A DNA stretch of 64,000 nucleotides from Octopus vulgaris (taxonomy: Eukaryota): positions 66,402,001 through 66,466,000 of the forward strand of contig OX597815.1 of the NCBI GenBank assembly GCA_951406725.2, given 5' to 3'. A model generated the notes under the pieces. That model was given only the letters and a program-made list of their open reading frames with translations, was not told the DNA's origin and did not search any database. The position numbers and the translations under genes are program-made. Positions 27,841 to 41,460 of this stretch are shown one piece after another (position 1 is the stretch's first letter; every line of letters starts with the position of its first letter).

Positions 27841-29964
27841 GTGTGTGTGTATACCCTTGTTTAGGCATCGCATTGTTGTAAATGAGCATCATGACACTAG
27901 CAAGGATGTTTATTTCCCTGTTTTCCATTGAAAACATGTCAAACTATGGGGAAATATTACTTTGCTTGAAAACAGGTGAGGGTTGGTGACATGAAAAGCA
28001 TCTGACAGTAGAAAAATGCTTCAACAAATTCCATCTGACCCATGCAAGTATGGAAAAGTTGATGCAAAACAATGAGGATGTTGATAGAGATGCTATTGGT
28101 AATGAGGAGGTGGTGGTAGTGATGATAATGGTGGTGGTTGTAATGATGGTGATGAGGTCCACCACCAAGATAAAAAAAAAATTTATGCAAATTCTATTTT
28201 GTATCTCTTTAAAGAGCAAAAAGAGACCCTTATAACTTTACAAATATTTTGGGGGAAGAGTGAAGTAGGGGCTGATACTTGCCAGTTTAGGAGCTGCTGT
28301 TCAACAAAGTTCAAGGCCTAAAAGTCAACTTGGTAAAAAACAAACTATAATGCAAACTTATAGGAGAACAACTATGAAGAGAGCATGCTCAATTGTAGAA
28401 AGGTTGTTGGAAAGAACTCAATGAGTGCAAACAAGACAGTAGGATTTCAGGCAGGCTGAAGAAGAAACATATCTTAAAATGTGATAGAGTATTTAACAGG
28501 AGGACCTCCAGAAAATGAAATCCCTGAACTCACTGACTGTTTCTGAAACCCAGATACTTGAGGCAGATGTAGCGAAAGTAGAGAGAATAAAGGAAAGGAT
28601 AGAATAAGTTTGACCTTTTTGATACCAACCCACCTGGGATGACTATTTCCTAGTTTAAAATGATTTAAATTAATACTTGCCATCAAATCTTCATGTTAAT
28701 TTATGCTCTAAATATCAACTTAACCCTTTAGCACTCACATTACTCTGTCAAACATAATGTTTATTCATTCACATTTAATTGAAACAAAAGTAGTTTCCAC
28801 AGAAAAATATGGTAACAAAACAGTTAATAATAAAAATATGATCTAAGAAAGCCAACAGCATAGAAAAAGATTAAAGAAAAGTGGATGATGACATAGACAT
28901 TATAAATGTTTATGTCATCGTCATGGCAACTACTGCAGTATAGTTTGTTCTGACATAATATCCACAATTAAGTGAAGATAAATATTATCTCTTGGTGTTA
29001 ATACTGCCTCTGCTGCTAATAAATATTTTTTAACAAGTCTATTGGCTAATTGCGACACCAGCACCTGTTCTGGCACTGTTATTCTTTATATTGCTGGTGG
29101 AGACAAAATGCTGCTACCTGTAGTGGTCACACGTCCATCACTGACAAGATCAAGGAAGGTGGAAATCATGTGATCTGGTGGGAATTTATTTCCCTGCTAG
29201 TGACATAAACAAGAGTGTATCAAAAGCCTATATGAGAGTTTCTTTTATGGTATCTACCATGGTATAATTTGTTCTAACAGACCATCCACATTTAAGTGGG
29301 GATAAATATTATTTCTCAGTAATAATACTGTTTGTAAAATTAACTGTAAAAAAAACAAAAAACATACAAATGAACACAGGTATGGGCATGTGACCATACC
29401 TGTTCATTTCTCGACCACATAGTTTCAGATTCAGTCCCCAATGTGTGACACTCTGGGCAAGTGTCTCCTATTATAGCTTTAGATCAACTAAGCGGGGTGG
29501 TTGGTTATTTGTGTCTCCTTGTCTTGACATTGTGATAATCATAAATGAGCATCACTATCATACAAGTCGTATCCTTCATTTTTGATGTACCCTGAAATCA
29601 CAACAATCCATAGGAAAAATATGTTGCTTGGAAACAGGAGAAGGTAAGCAATAGAAAAGGCATCTGGCTTGAGGAAATCTGTCTTCACTAATTCCATCTA
29701 CTTCATGCAAGCTTGAAAAAATCTAAGTTAAAACAATGATGATGATGGGATCACATGGTACTGTAGATATAACAATTCAACTGTTAATTAAATGGAAGAA
29801 AAAAAAAATTAAGCAGAATTTTCATTCTTCTCTATTAACTTAGACATACACAATAAAGAGAACCCAAAGAAATTTTTCTCCCTTTCAAGTAACAAATAAC
29901 CAAAAATAGCATTAACTCTATGGATATAATCTGAGACCACCTCTGGGTCCCATGACACAGACTT

Positions 29965-30262
29965 GCTGTTAAAACCTTCCATCAAAATTTCATGTTAATT
30001 TAAGTTCCAAACATTATCTTAATAATAAATTATTTTATTAAATTTTTCATTATTTTCAAAAAAAATTTTTAAAAAGTCAGTGTATTTCATCAGAAATAAT
30101 GGTAACAAAAGAGTTAAAGTGACCTAAATTAAAAACCTATCAAAATTTCATGTTAATTAAGTTCCATACATCAACTTAATGTTATTTTAATTCTTAATTA
30201 TTTAAAAAAAATTAACTGAAATAAAAGTGGTGTATTTCATCAGAAATATGGTAAGAGGGTTA
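29965..30262. repeat. Tandem ~160-bp duplication (MITE-end-like) in the TP53RK 3' region
   Basis: atcaaaatttcatgttaatt.aagttcca.aca...gtgtatttcatcagaaata.tggtaa occurs twice (29980-30117 and 30139-30262). Confidence 0.75.
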
Positions 30263-30321
30263 CAAGAAGAAAGGAAAAATAATGCAATTTTGAGAAAAGT
30301 AGGTTTTTATTCATTTTCTAT

Positions 30322-30812
30322 TCATCCCACCATGGTTCGCTTTCTTCCTCTTAATCGCACTTCTTCCAGTTTTTGTAATACATCTGCATAACCAGCCTCA
30401 TTACCTTTTTTATAACCATTAAGTATATCAGTAAACACCTGTTCAGTGTTAGGGTGGGTACTTAACAATGCTCGTTCAAGAACATATAAATCCACTCCTT
30501 TGTCTTCAGCATTATTCTCAAAATGGCTCAAGCCAAAATCAATGAATACAAGATCCAAATTGGATGGATCTCCTCGTACCAATATATTAGATGTGGTTAA
30601 GTCCCCATGAATGAGGTTATTCTGGTGCATCTTACCAATCATTTCACCCATCTTCAGTACCAGTGGACTGAACTGACTTGCACACTGCATCCCACCATTC
30701 TGTTGTTGACAGTTTCTTATGTAGTCTTTCATTGTCAAAGAATTGAGGATTTTCTCCATATAAATACAGCCACTCTCTAAGTTAGTGAAGAACACAACTG
30801 GAGCAGGAATTC
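30322..30812 (-). CDS. TP53RK: TP53RK/PRPK coding exon 2 (kinase C-lobe)
   Basis: Acceptor ttattattttcAG|GA restores Gly in frame (NG|IPAPVVFF). Contains HGDLTTSN, DFGL, KGVDLYVLERA and the diagnostic C-terminus VRLRGRKRTMVG-stop. Joined CDS is 199+491=690 nt, 229 aa. Confidence 0.96.
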
Positions 30813-31168
30813 CTGAAAATAATAACAAGTACTGATAATAGAGGTTGTGATTGCAGTAGTAGAAGTAATGGTGGTAGAATTAGTGATGCAAGTATTGGTG
30901 GTGGTAAAACAAAAGTGTTGCCATTAGCATAGAATCTCATCCCCACAAACACACCATATCCACTGGTTTTAACTTCAAGTGAACCCCCTAACCAAAAGTC
31001 CACAGAATACATAGATTAGCAGTGGGCCTGTACCCTAGGGTGGCACTCCAGCTACACTTGCAGGTTAACATTACACACCCATTCTATAGGGCTACTACTA
31101 CTTCTATCAATGTATCACCCATGCAAACATGTATTCTAGCCAATATATATATATAATACAATGGTGTC

Positions 31169-31891
31169 GGATCTTTTCAGTTTGAACGGCAGTTTTTAAC
31201 ATAATTTCTAGGTAACTAAAAAATTTTAAACTTCGTATACTGGTAGAATGTGTTTATAAAACATCATTTTCTCTTGGCTTTCTTGAGAAAATTCTGTAGT
31301 TTGTAACATATTTCGTCTTTAATTTCTTGCATTTCAACCAATCAATGACCGTCTGTTGAGGTGAAAGCATTCTGTGCCGTATGAATATGTCCCTCGTTTA
31401 AGAAACACATTGGGTTTATTTACATTTGTGAAGAAAAAAAGATACCCTTCCCCCACCCCTAACCCTAAATCTAAAATAGATTGAAATGTAATAGATCGAT
31501 ACTAGGGTCATAATTATGGGTGTCATATGAAATTGTCACCCATAATTATGACCCTAGAATCGATCTATTGCATTTCAATCTATTTTAGATTTAGGGCTAG
31601 TTAGGGTTAGGGGTGGGGGAAGGGTATATTTTTTTCTTCACAAATGTAAATAAATCTAATGTGTTTCTTAACGGCACAGAATGCTTTTTAACTCAATAGA
31701 CGCCAGTGATTGGTTAAAATTGCCGAAATGCAAGAAATTAAAGACAAAATATGTTACAAACTACAGAATTTTCTCAAGAAAGCCAAGAGAAAATGATGTT
31801 TTATAAACACATTCTACCAGTATACGAAGTTTAAAATTTTTTAGTTACCTAGAAATTGTTAAAAACTGCCGTTCAAACTGAAAAGATCCCC
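31169..31891. mobile_element. Foldback DNA transposon / long palindromic MITE (Mutator-like by TSD length) in the TP53RK intron
   Basis: ~355-bp arms start ggatcttttcagtttgaacggcag and end ctgccgttcaaactgaaaagatcc, with a 14-nt centre (31523-31536). Direct repeat atggtgtc at 31161-31168 and 31892-31899. Confidence 0.92.
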
Positions 31892-32325
31892 ATGGTGTCT
31901 ACTAAAGAGGTAAGCTTTTACTCATCTAAATTCTACAATCACAAGTCCACTCTCAAACAGAATACTCAGTTATTTTTTCTATCCAAACTACAATAGCCAC
32001 TAATTTTCTGACAATCTAAATTCTAAACCCTACTCCCATACTCACTGTCATTACCCTTTAATGCCCACTTTTCCATGGTTGCATGGCTCTACAGGTTTAT
32101 TGAGGCAGATTTTCTATGGCTGAATGTCCTTCTGGTTGTCAGTCCTTACCTGTTTCCAAACAAGATTATTTTTGCCATGGTATGTATTTTTACAGTAAAT
32201 TGGAAATGAATGACACTGTTTTTATGACAGTCTCAAACTCATTTACAACTATGACATGATGTCAAAACAAAAAGACATGAACATACATATATACATACAC
32301 ACACACATATATGTATATATACATA

Positions 32326-33100
32326 CAGGGTGCAATGAATATATTGTCGTCTAAATTACGCAAAAATGAAAATAACACTGACATTTCATTTTAATAGATA
32401 TATTTACCAAAATTACATAAAAATACCACAAAATACTAAAGAGTAAATTTATTCAATAAAATCGCCATTGGCGTCAACCATGGCCTCCAGATGACTTCAG
32501 AATCTCCTGCAACTCTTCTGGACAGTCTCCTTTTTTTTAAGTTGGTGAATGCTGCCATAATCATTGCCTTCAATTTATCTTTGGTGTTTTGTTGGTCTTT
32601 TGCTCAACTGAGTCTCACACATAATAATCAAAGGAGTTGCAGTCTGGAGAGTTAGATGGCCAGGTGTTAGGGGCAGTGTGGTTGCAGAAATTGTCTGACA
32701 GCCATAACTGGGTTCTCCGGCTTGGTGCAAAGTCCTGGTGCTAGACATAAGGTCTTCCAGCAGCCATCCTCTTGACTCAGGGCAGCACTACCTCTCCAGG
32801 CACTTGAGATGAATGGGAAGACGAATGCAGGCATAATGTTGCCATCACTAGTGATCACTCCAAACACCATGATGTTGACTGGATGTTTGATCTTCATCAC
32901 TCTCGGTACATGTTTTAGGGACACAGTAAGCCAATGGTTGTTCTGTGTGTTTATCATTTGTTCATATTGGAGCTTCTGGCCTGAATGCCAAGAAGTACAA
33001 CATGTCGTTTTCAAATTTCTGGCAGAGTGAATTGTATCATGGTGCTGTTTTTCTCACAGTGCCCAACTATACTATGTAGACGACAAAATCAGTGAAATGG
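32326..33100 (-). mobile_element. Decayed Tc1/maT-type transposon fragment
   Basis: TA|cagggtgcaatg terminus; KHPVNIMVFGVITSDGNIMPAFVFP and WPSNSPDCNSFDYY (WPxxSPDLNPxDY type). Confidence 0.8.
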
Positions 33101-33538
33101 TAACTCAATAGTCTTGAGTTCAAATGCTCTGTAGCTGTTTTGTTGTCTGCTTAGACCAGTGTACTGCAGAACTCTGGCGATATCTAGTACTGTGGAGTTT
33201 TAAATTTTAAGGTTTTACAAAATTCATACTAAAAGTTGGAGCTTCTTGAAAAACGTCTTATTCATAATTTGATTATTCACAAATATAATTAATAAAAGAA
33301 GGTAAACAATTTTTGTTTGATGTCCAGTGTTACACAAAGTGAGAAAAACGTCTGTTTAAACATACGTTTGGTGTTCTTACAGATTGTTGCAATACGCGAG
33401 GTAACTCAGCACAAATTATTCATCCACAAGGGAGATCAACCGAACAGAATTCATATATTATTAGGCTTAGCGATATTAATAACCTGATTTTAGAACCCGA
33501 TATATATATACGGTAATCCTTTAGTATGGGATAATTTT

Positions 33539-33879
33539 AAAAAGTAAGTAAAAATTGAAGGAGAGATAAATAAGTCACCTTACTGTTAACGTAGACACAG
33601 GATATAGCAACCAAAAAGTGAACAAATGTTTACCTATTTCGCTTTATGATAAAGTGTTGGGGATAGAGAAAGTAGATGCGTGTTAGTAGAAAATTACGAC
33701 GTCTATTTGGAACGTCAGATAATTTGTTTGTGTTATATTTATACGAATTTATATGGAGATATTCTGTACCGAAGAGCAAGACATTTGTTCACTTTTTGGT
33801 TGCTATATCCAGCGTCTACGTTGTTTAACAATAAGTTGATTTATCTCCCCTTGTTATTTCCCCTTTAATTTTTATTTAC

Positions 33880-33884
<5 letters not shown>
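33539..33884. mobile_element. Inverted-repeat element (MITE-like) in the TP53RK intron
   Basis: Perfect 30-bp inverted repeat 33600-33629 / 33781-33810, extending imperfectly to ~90-100 bp per arm. Confidence 0.8.
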
Positions 33885-33933
<49 letters not shown>

Positions 33934-34184
33934 AAAATGGGACAAGAACGCAAAACATCCGGACAACTAGGTGATACAAAAAGGGACAACAAAACATCCA
34001 GATAGACGATACAAAGAAACAAGAACGAGTCATTCGAAGCTTTCTATCCTCAGTCAAGAACCGGATCATCCATATATATACATATATATAACCTATATAA
34101 GAGTGCATAATTCCAGTACTTTACCTGCAGTTATAATATATCGGCCTAGTTTAATTTACGAATCAAAATTAAAATGAAACCTAC

Positions 34185-34383
34185 CATTCATGCGACATCG
34201 AAGCATAGCTCGCACTTCCGACTTTAATCGTTGTTGAGTTAAACTTTTATCAAGTGAAGGATGTCTGTAGGATTTCTGGAATCGTTCTTTTATAATACAT
34301 GGTCGTTCGTAAAATAGAGACTCATACAGTTTAGCTTCGGCACCTTGTTTTACCAAAGTTCCAAGTTCCCCGTTCACTGCCAT
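34185..34383 (-). CDS. TP53RK: TP53RK/PRPK (Bud32, KEOPS kinase) coding exon 1
   Basis: ATG at 34383; MAVNGELGTLVKQGAEAKLYES...IIKERFQKSYRHPSLD...LKSEVRAMLRCRMNG matches the Bud32 N-lobe motifs (QGAEA, KERFxKxYRHPxLD). Phase-1 donor G|GTAGGT after 34185. Confidence 0.95.
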
Positions 34384-34538
34384 GCTTCGAACAAATCCAA
34401 TTAATGGTGACAGGTGAAAATGTGTCCTTTTATTAATTTTATAGTCAACACTAGTTACCTCCCTGGAAAATATTCTTCCTTGCAACCCTAATGGAAGAAT
34501 CATTTTTTACTAGACGAGTACGACTATATTATCTAGTG

Positions 34539-35270
34539 CTGTGGTTTTCATCTGGGGGTCCATATAAGATTGTGAGGTGGGGGCACACAAGCAAAATTGT
34601 AAATTCGCGATCAATATTTTGATTTAGATGTATTTATTGCAAGAAACAGCGAAATTTCTTTCTATAACTTTTTACATAGTTCAGCCTGCATAAGTTGATG
34701 TGTGAATAAAATAATAGGAATTTTGAAAAAAGTTTCTATAAAACTAGTTTTTAAACATCAAATGGCTATGGGGGCCCACTAGAATAAAATAGAAATCAAA
34801 ATGGTCCGTCATCCTCATTTAACGTCCATTGTCCACTTTGGCATTGGTTGGACGGTTTGATCAAGGCTGGTACGCTGAGGGGCTGCGCCATACTCCAGTC
34901 TGATTTGGCAAGGTTTCTACGGCTTCCTAACGCCAACCACTCCAAGAATGTAATGAGTACTTTAACGTTCCACAGGCCTGAGTGCCAGTTGTGTGACACC
35001 AGTATCTGCCACAACTACAATTTCACTTGGCTTGATGGGTCTTCTCAAGCGCAGTATATTGCCAAAGGTCTCGACTATTTGTCATTACCTCCATGAGGCC
35101 CAACGCTCAAAAGGTGCTTTTTACATTCCACTGGCACAGGTGCCAGTTGCCTGCATGAAGCCCAATGCTTGAAAGGTGTTTTTTATGTGCCAGTTACATG
35201 AGACCAGCATCAGCCACAACTACAATTTCATTTGGCTTGACATAGATAAGAAAATTGTTGAGAACCAAAT
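34539..35270. mobile_element. Probable hAT-like MITE interrupted by an RTE-tail SINE, just upstream of TP53RK
   Basis: Termini ctgtggttttca... / ...tgagaacca with ggggtcca subterminal motifs. Inserted catcctcatttaacgtcc...-type SINE at ~34808-35240 with internal partial duplications. Confidence 0.5.
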
Positions 35271-36929
35271 CTAGTGTCCCTTCCATAAAATGATATAGTA
35301 TGATTTGGTTTTCTAGCTGTGTTTTTCAGTTGTTGTCTAGCCCCAGGATAGCTTTGATCATGCAAATCTAGGACTATATTGGTCAATATTATTTTTTAAG
35401 ATCCTAAGGTGTGAGATGAAGATCATTTGACTGCTATTTCTAATAAATTGACCAACCATATAAAACTTCTTTTTTTTCCTTCTCAATTTTTGTCCAAGGT
35501 GTTGATAAAGATTTCTTTTGGCAAACCATAAGATTTAAGCAGACAATAAGAGACCTCATCAATTGAAGATGTTGCTTCAGCTACATTTCTACTGGATTTT
35601 ACTCATTTGTTATGTCAATTGGATTACGGCCAGACTTTCAGGGGTTTTTAACCAAGCATATTAACTCCAGTATTTATTTCAGTTTGATATATATTTCATC
35701 AATCACTTGGCAAACAACTAAGTTCCTTTTTTTTTTTTATATAAAAGGTGAAAAAGAAACTTGATCTACCACTATGCGTACCCACACACGTCTTGTGTGC
35801 AGTTTCTGTCAACCAAAAATTCCATACAGAAGACATTGAAAATAATATATCTACCTACTCATCCTTCAACCCTCAGCTAAGTTTTGACAGGTTTTCTTCA
35901 CCTTCCATGCCTTCACTAAGGCTTCTACTCAAGACAGGCTTTACTTCACACATGACCGAGCGTCTTATGTTGCCCCACAATGATGGCATTATATAGGTAA
36001 CTCAGACCTTTACATGGCTAATTCATTCAGAAATGACTCTAAAAATGTCGCCAGATGTTTGTACAGAGTCATGAAAGAACTAAAAAGAGCAAGAACTAGT
36101 CTATATGAAACAAGATACAAGGTAAGCCATAAACATAACCAAATGTTTAAGACATACTCTTCACATGTGAATTATTCCCATAGCATATCTTGAGAAAGTG
36201 TCTCACACAAACTATTTCTTGCTCCTGTCTGCTCTTTCATGATTCTCTACAGATATCTGGTGGAATTTTTTACTGTCACTTCTGCTGAATGAAGAAGTCA
36301 TACAAAGAGCTGAGTTGAGTAACCTACAAGGACAGAAAGAGTAGCTTGACAGGAAATACATGGTTACACCTTTTGGAAAAAGGAGAGAAGAGATGTCATG
36401 GTATATCCTCAGGTTACCCCACCACCATTGTCTCTCTTTTCAAACTGGAGTAACTATGTCTCTCTCCCACAGCAAGACATCTGTTTCTGTCCTACCATAC
36501 TTTAATTTCTCGTCACCTGCTACAAAGCAACCTCCCTAAATGCTATACTAGTTGAGGAGTCTTGTCTTGCAACTTACTTGGTGACTTCACTAATGTTAGT
36601 GTTTTGTAAAAAGCACCCAGTACATTCTGTGAAAGCATTAGGAAAGGCGTCCAATTGTAGAAACCATGCCAAACCAGCCATTGATGCTTGATGCACTCCT
36701 CTGGCTTGTCAGCTCCTGATGAACCATCGAACCCATGCCAGCATTAGAAACATTAAATGATGATGATGTAGTTGCCTAACTACTAGTGTTGGTTGTGTCA
36801 TAGTGGTGCCCTGTATTATTTTTACTGTATTAACTGCAGATTGTGTTTGCGTATTTATTATTAATATGTGAAACAGTGTAACAGTATATTTTGTTTAAAC
36901 CACCACCCACTGAATACTTTCACTGATTT

Positions 36930-38150
36930 TACTGGGTTGTCAGACAAATTCATTCGTTTTTTTCCATTTATTTTAACCTTTATTTTCATCAATAATTTTA
37001 ACAAACCAGTCAATAATATGTTCTCCATTTTCAGGACTTCTTGTCAATGTCTTGACAGTAGAAATCACTGGGTCTTGACTTGAAGGATTCATTGATCCAC
37101 GTTTTCAGCTCCATGTTGTTGATGAACGAAACATCTGGCAGACTGTTGGAAAACGATGGAAAAGGTAATAATCTGAAGATGTTATATCAGGAGCATGTAG
37201 TGGGTGTGGAAGAACTTCCTAACTAAGCTCTTGAATAGCATTTTTGGTCAAATTAGCAATGTAGAAGACGTACATCATGTCACCAGTAGAATCAGTTCAG
37301 CTGGATTGCTTTAAAGAGCTGGTACATTTGCTGAACATAAAAGCTCTACAATGACTGCATGGTTGTTTCCAAGCATCTCATGATGGAGTAGCTTTTCCCA
37401 AACCCACCAAATGCAGATCATTGTCTTGCATGGATACAGCTCTGGCTTGACTTGAGGTGTTGCTTGCTGGGAATCAGCTATTGCTTACTCTGCTTCATGT
37501 TGATGTAAAGACACCATTTTCCATTGCTGGTGATGATGTGGTAAAAGAATCTTTGTATCTGTGTCCATGAGAAGCTTGGTGTTGAGTGAGTAAGCTTGGT
37601 GGCAAAAAAAGAAGCACTACAAGCATTATCTCTTTCATTCAGAGAGTTTTTGCACCATGCACTAAGTTTTTGAGCCTTACTCATTGAGTGAAAGTAATGG
37701 GCAACGCTATCATGAGAGCATCCCATCTGCTTGGCTAATTTCCTAGTGGACTGGCAGGGATACTTGTGGATGAAATCGTTCAATCAATCCTCATTAAACT
37801 GAATGGGTAGGGAAGAACGCAGAGAATATGTGAAGTCAAATTACCCCTCCATGAAGCGTGAAAACCATTTCTGTGCAGTTTTCTCAGAAATAGTAACTGT
37901 AATAGTATCTTTTCTGTACAGAAGATAAATGTTTCAAGTGGCTTTGGAAGCTCTGGAATTTTTTTGAAAGCGAAGAGAAGCAGGTGTCCAAAATTTTCCT
38001 TGTTTTTCCTTTCTTTTTAGGTTTGGCATTCCATTGTCATATATCTGAAAAAAGGTTAAATTTATTCAAATTTCAAAAGCCATAAGCAAAAGTTGTAGAT
38101 ACAGCTACAAATACAATGATAAAAATGTTTTTCATGTTAATTCAAATGGT
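36930..38150 (-). mobile_element. Decayed mariner transposon
   Basis: QSTRKLAKQMGCSHDSVAHYFHSMSKAQKLSAW (HTH/WVP region), IITSNGKWCLYIN (degenerate TGDEKW), and a WEKLLHHE-like segment. Confidence 0.8.
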
Positions 38151-39416
38151 TTATTCATAGAAGTTATATTTTCTGGCTTGTCTGGGATTGTTCATTATCA
38201 TCATCATAATTTAATGTCAGTTTTCCATGGTGGCATGGATTGAATGGTTTTATAAGAGCTGGCAAGCCAGAAGACTGCATCAACCTCTATTGTCTGTTTT
38301 GGCATAGTTTCTATAGCTGGATGACCTTCCTAATGCCAACTACTTTATAAAGTGTGCTGGGTGCTTTTTTTGTGGTACCAGCACCAGTAGGATTACTAAG
38401 TAGCTTGCAAGACAAGACAGAGTCCCTTCAACTGAGATGGGGGATAGTATTGAGGGAGGTGACATTGTGCCAGTTGAAAAGAGATTAAAAGAATAATAGA
38501 AAGATAGAGATCAATATCTTGCTGTAGAAGAGACACAGTTCAATAAGACAAGAGAGAAAGAGAGGTGGTGAGTCTGTGTGTCAGGACATACTCTTAACAT
38601 ACAGAGGGGAATGAATATAGGTGAAGTGATACAGAGGATTGGACTGTGTGAGTGGGCAATGGGGGATAGAAGGGTAGGTTTCATAAGAATGTGAAACTTG
38701 CATCTCTGTCCCAACCGTCTCTCCTCATATTGTATTTTGATCTACAGTAAGTTTGCTTGTGGGTATGCTGATTTGGGTTCATATTAATTCTTTGAAGTTC
38801 AAAGCAATTTGGGATGGTATTAGATATGATTTTCTGATAAAAATTTTAAAACGTGCATTTGATGTATCAGACTACACCACTGCATGGGAAGTAATTAGTA
38901 AATCTTGCCACATTATTTCCCTTAAAACCACATAATTTTTACCCTTATTAGACGAGAATAAAAATTTACAAGTTTTTATATATTATACAGGAAGGCAATA
39001 TAAGTTAGCTATCTAAGAATACAAAGAATTTAAAACTGAAGTATAGCTGCCATCTCATGTATATATTGGGCATAACACTTAATTTAGCATATATTCTGGG
39101 AGATGAGAAACAGTAGAAATGATTTTAAAGGGTTATGGTCAAGGAGCATAACAAAAACAATGGCATCAAACCCAGGAAAAGAAACTCAATATCAAAAGTT
39201 GTAGTTCCATCTAAAAATGTGAAAATTTTCATGTCTGATTTCCATGCTAGCATGGGTTGGTTGAATGATTTTATACACACACACATACATATATACGACA
39301 GTTCAACCAAATATTTACAAACAACAGGAACTCTCTTAATTCAATAAGTCTTGTCACTTTGTTAGCATTCATGTTTAACTCTCTCAAGAAGAGCTTAAAA
39401 GAAATATATATATATC

Positions 39417-39685
<269 letters not shown>

Positions 39686-39834
39686 TAACAAAACTGATGT
39701 GAATAATTAATAACTACTTAACACAATCCAGTGTCTGTTGATGATATAGAAACAAGAAATAAAAACTATACAAACTACAATATATAAATTCATAAAGTGA
39801 AGAAGATACAGGCTGTGACAAAAAAAATCTTCAA

Positions 39835-39998
39835 TTATATCAACCCCAGTACTCAACTGGTATTTATTTTATCAACCCTGAAAGGATGAAAGATGTAGTC
39901 AAGCTCTGCAGAATTTGAACTCAGAACATAGTGATGGACAAAATGCTGCTAAGCATTTTACCCAGCATGCTAATAATTTTGCCAGCTTGCCATCTTGT
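39835..39998 (-). mobile_element. tRNA-derived SINE, second family
   Basis: Minus strand reads ggcaagctggcaaaattattagcatgctgggtaaaatgcttagc...gttctgagttcaaattctgcagag...catcctttcagggttgataaaataaatacca. Related copies at ~1045(-), 3490, 4845(-), 5440 and 57605. Confidence 0.7.
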
Positions 39999-41349
39999 TA
40001 AGGGTTAGATCAATAAGTAAAGTCAAGCAGTGATGCATCAAATATTCACTTTCACTTAGGGTGGTGCTGTGGTATGTCAGGCTAGCACACTCAGAACTAA
40101 ATTACTTTGGTCTGATTTTATATGTATTTACATAAATAGTGGTGGGGCACCAAAGAAAGTGTTAGTAAAAGAAAAGGTGGAAATAGTATTAAAAAGTCTG
40201 ACAACTGTTCTAAAAGATCACAAATTGACAGCTTAGAACAAATTGATGACGATAGCAAAATTAAAAACTGAAGTATATTTGCCAGAATTATCTCCAATGA
40301 TGTATAACATAATTTACTCTAGTTGTATTCTAAAGCTTTAATTCAACACTTAGCTGGTGTGTGTTACAGCACATACAACAGCTAAGGTAGAGCTCAAATC
40401 ATTGTCTATAAAAATTTAAACCAATGCTGGTGCCACATAAATGCACCCATGCCGGTAGTATGCAAAAAAAGCACTCAGCACACTCTGTAAAGTGATTGGC
40501 ATTAGAAAAGGCATCCAGCTATAGAAACCATGCCAGAACAGAGCCTGGGCAGTCCTCTGGCTGACCAGTTCCTATCAAACCATCCAACTCATGCCTGCAT
40601 GTAAAACAGATGTTAAACAATGAAAATGATGATGTGTATTCTCAAGAGAATATATACACAAAGAAAATATCAGAATTTTTTTTATATCATGCAAAAAAAC
40701 CTGAAGCAATGAAAAACTTACAAAACATAATCATTGATCTTCCTGGATACCAATTTTTAAATTTTATTTATAAAATTCATGTTACATAGGATGATGTAAT
40801 TTGAAGTATTGTTGTCTCTTTGAAAGGAGACAAGCCATAAGATTCCTCAGCAATATTCAGTCTTGGTCAACAGATGAATTAAAAATAAACCAGCATTATG
40901 GGATGAGGATTTTATTGGATACAAGAAATCATTAATGTGTCAATAACAATGAGGTAATTCCAGAAAAAAAATTTTAATTACATAAAAAATACCTTTGGTG
41001 AAGCTGGTATTTATGATGATGATGATGATGATGATAATAATGGATGAGATGACATAACACTGGCTTACCAATGGCAGCAGCAAAGGATTTTTTTCCACAG
41101 CAGCAAAAAGTCAATAAATGATTACCTGCAAGTATGAGAGTTCTACTGCTAAGAGCAGGCAATGACTTAAGTTTGGATAGTTCTGAAATATAGAATTGTT
41201 CGGTAAATCCTAAGTTTCCAAGTGTGTGTGTGTACTATATATAATCAACATTTCATAGAGGGAGAAATATCTCCTTTATTGGTAACAGTGGAAGGACACA
41301 GTACTAGCATCAGACTGCAAACAAAACATTTCTTATAACAAATTCAAAG

Positions 41350-41460
<111 letters not shown>

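Noticed and set aside
31445-31620. True or fused telomere
   Set aside because: Only 2-3 TTAGGG units, internal to a TSD-flanked transposon.
34015-34075. CTGAGGA...GAAT hammerhead-like motif on the minus strand
   Set aside because: No stem I complementarity and GAAA box altered.
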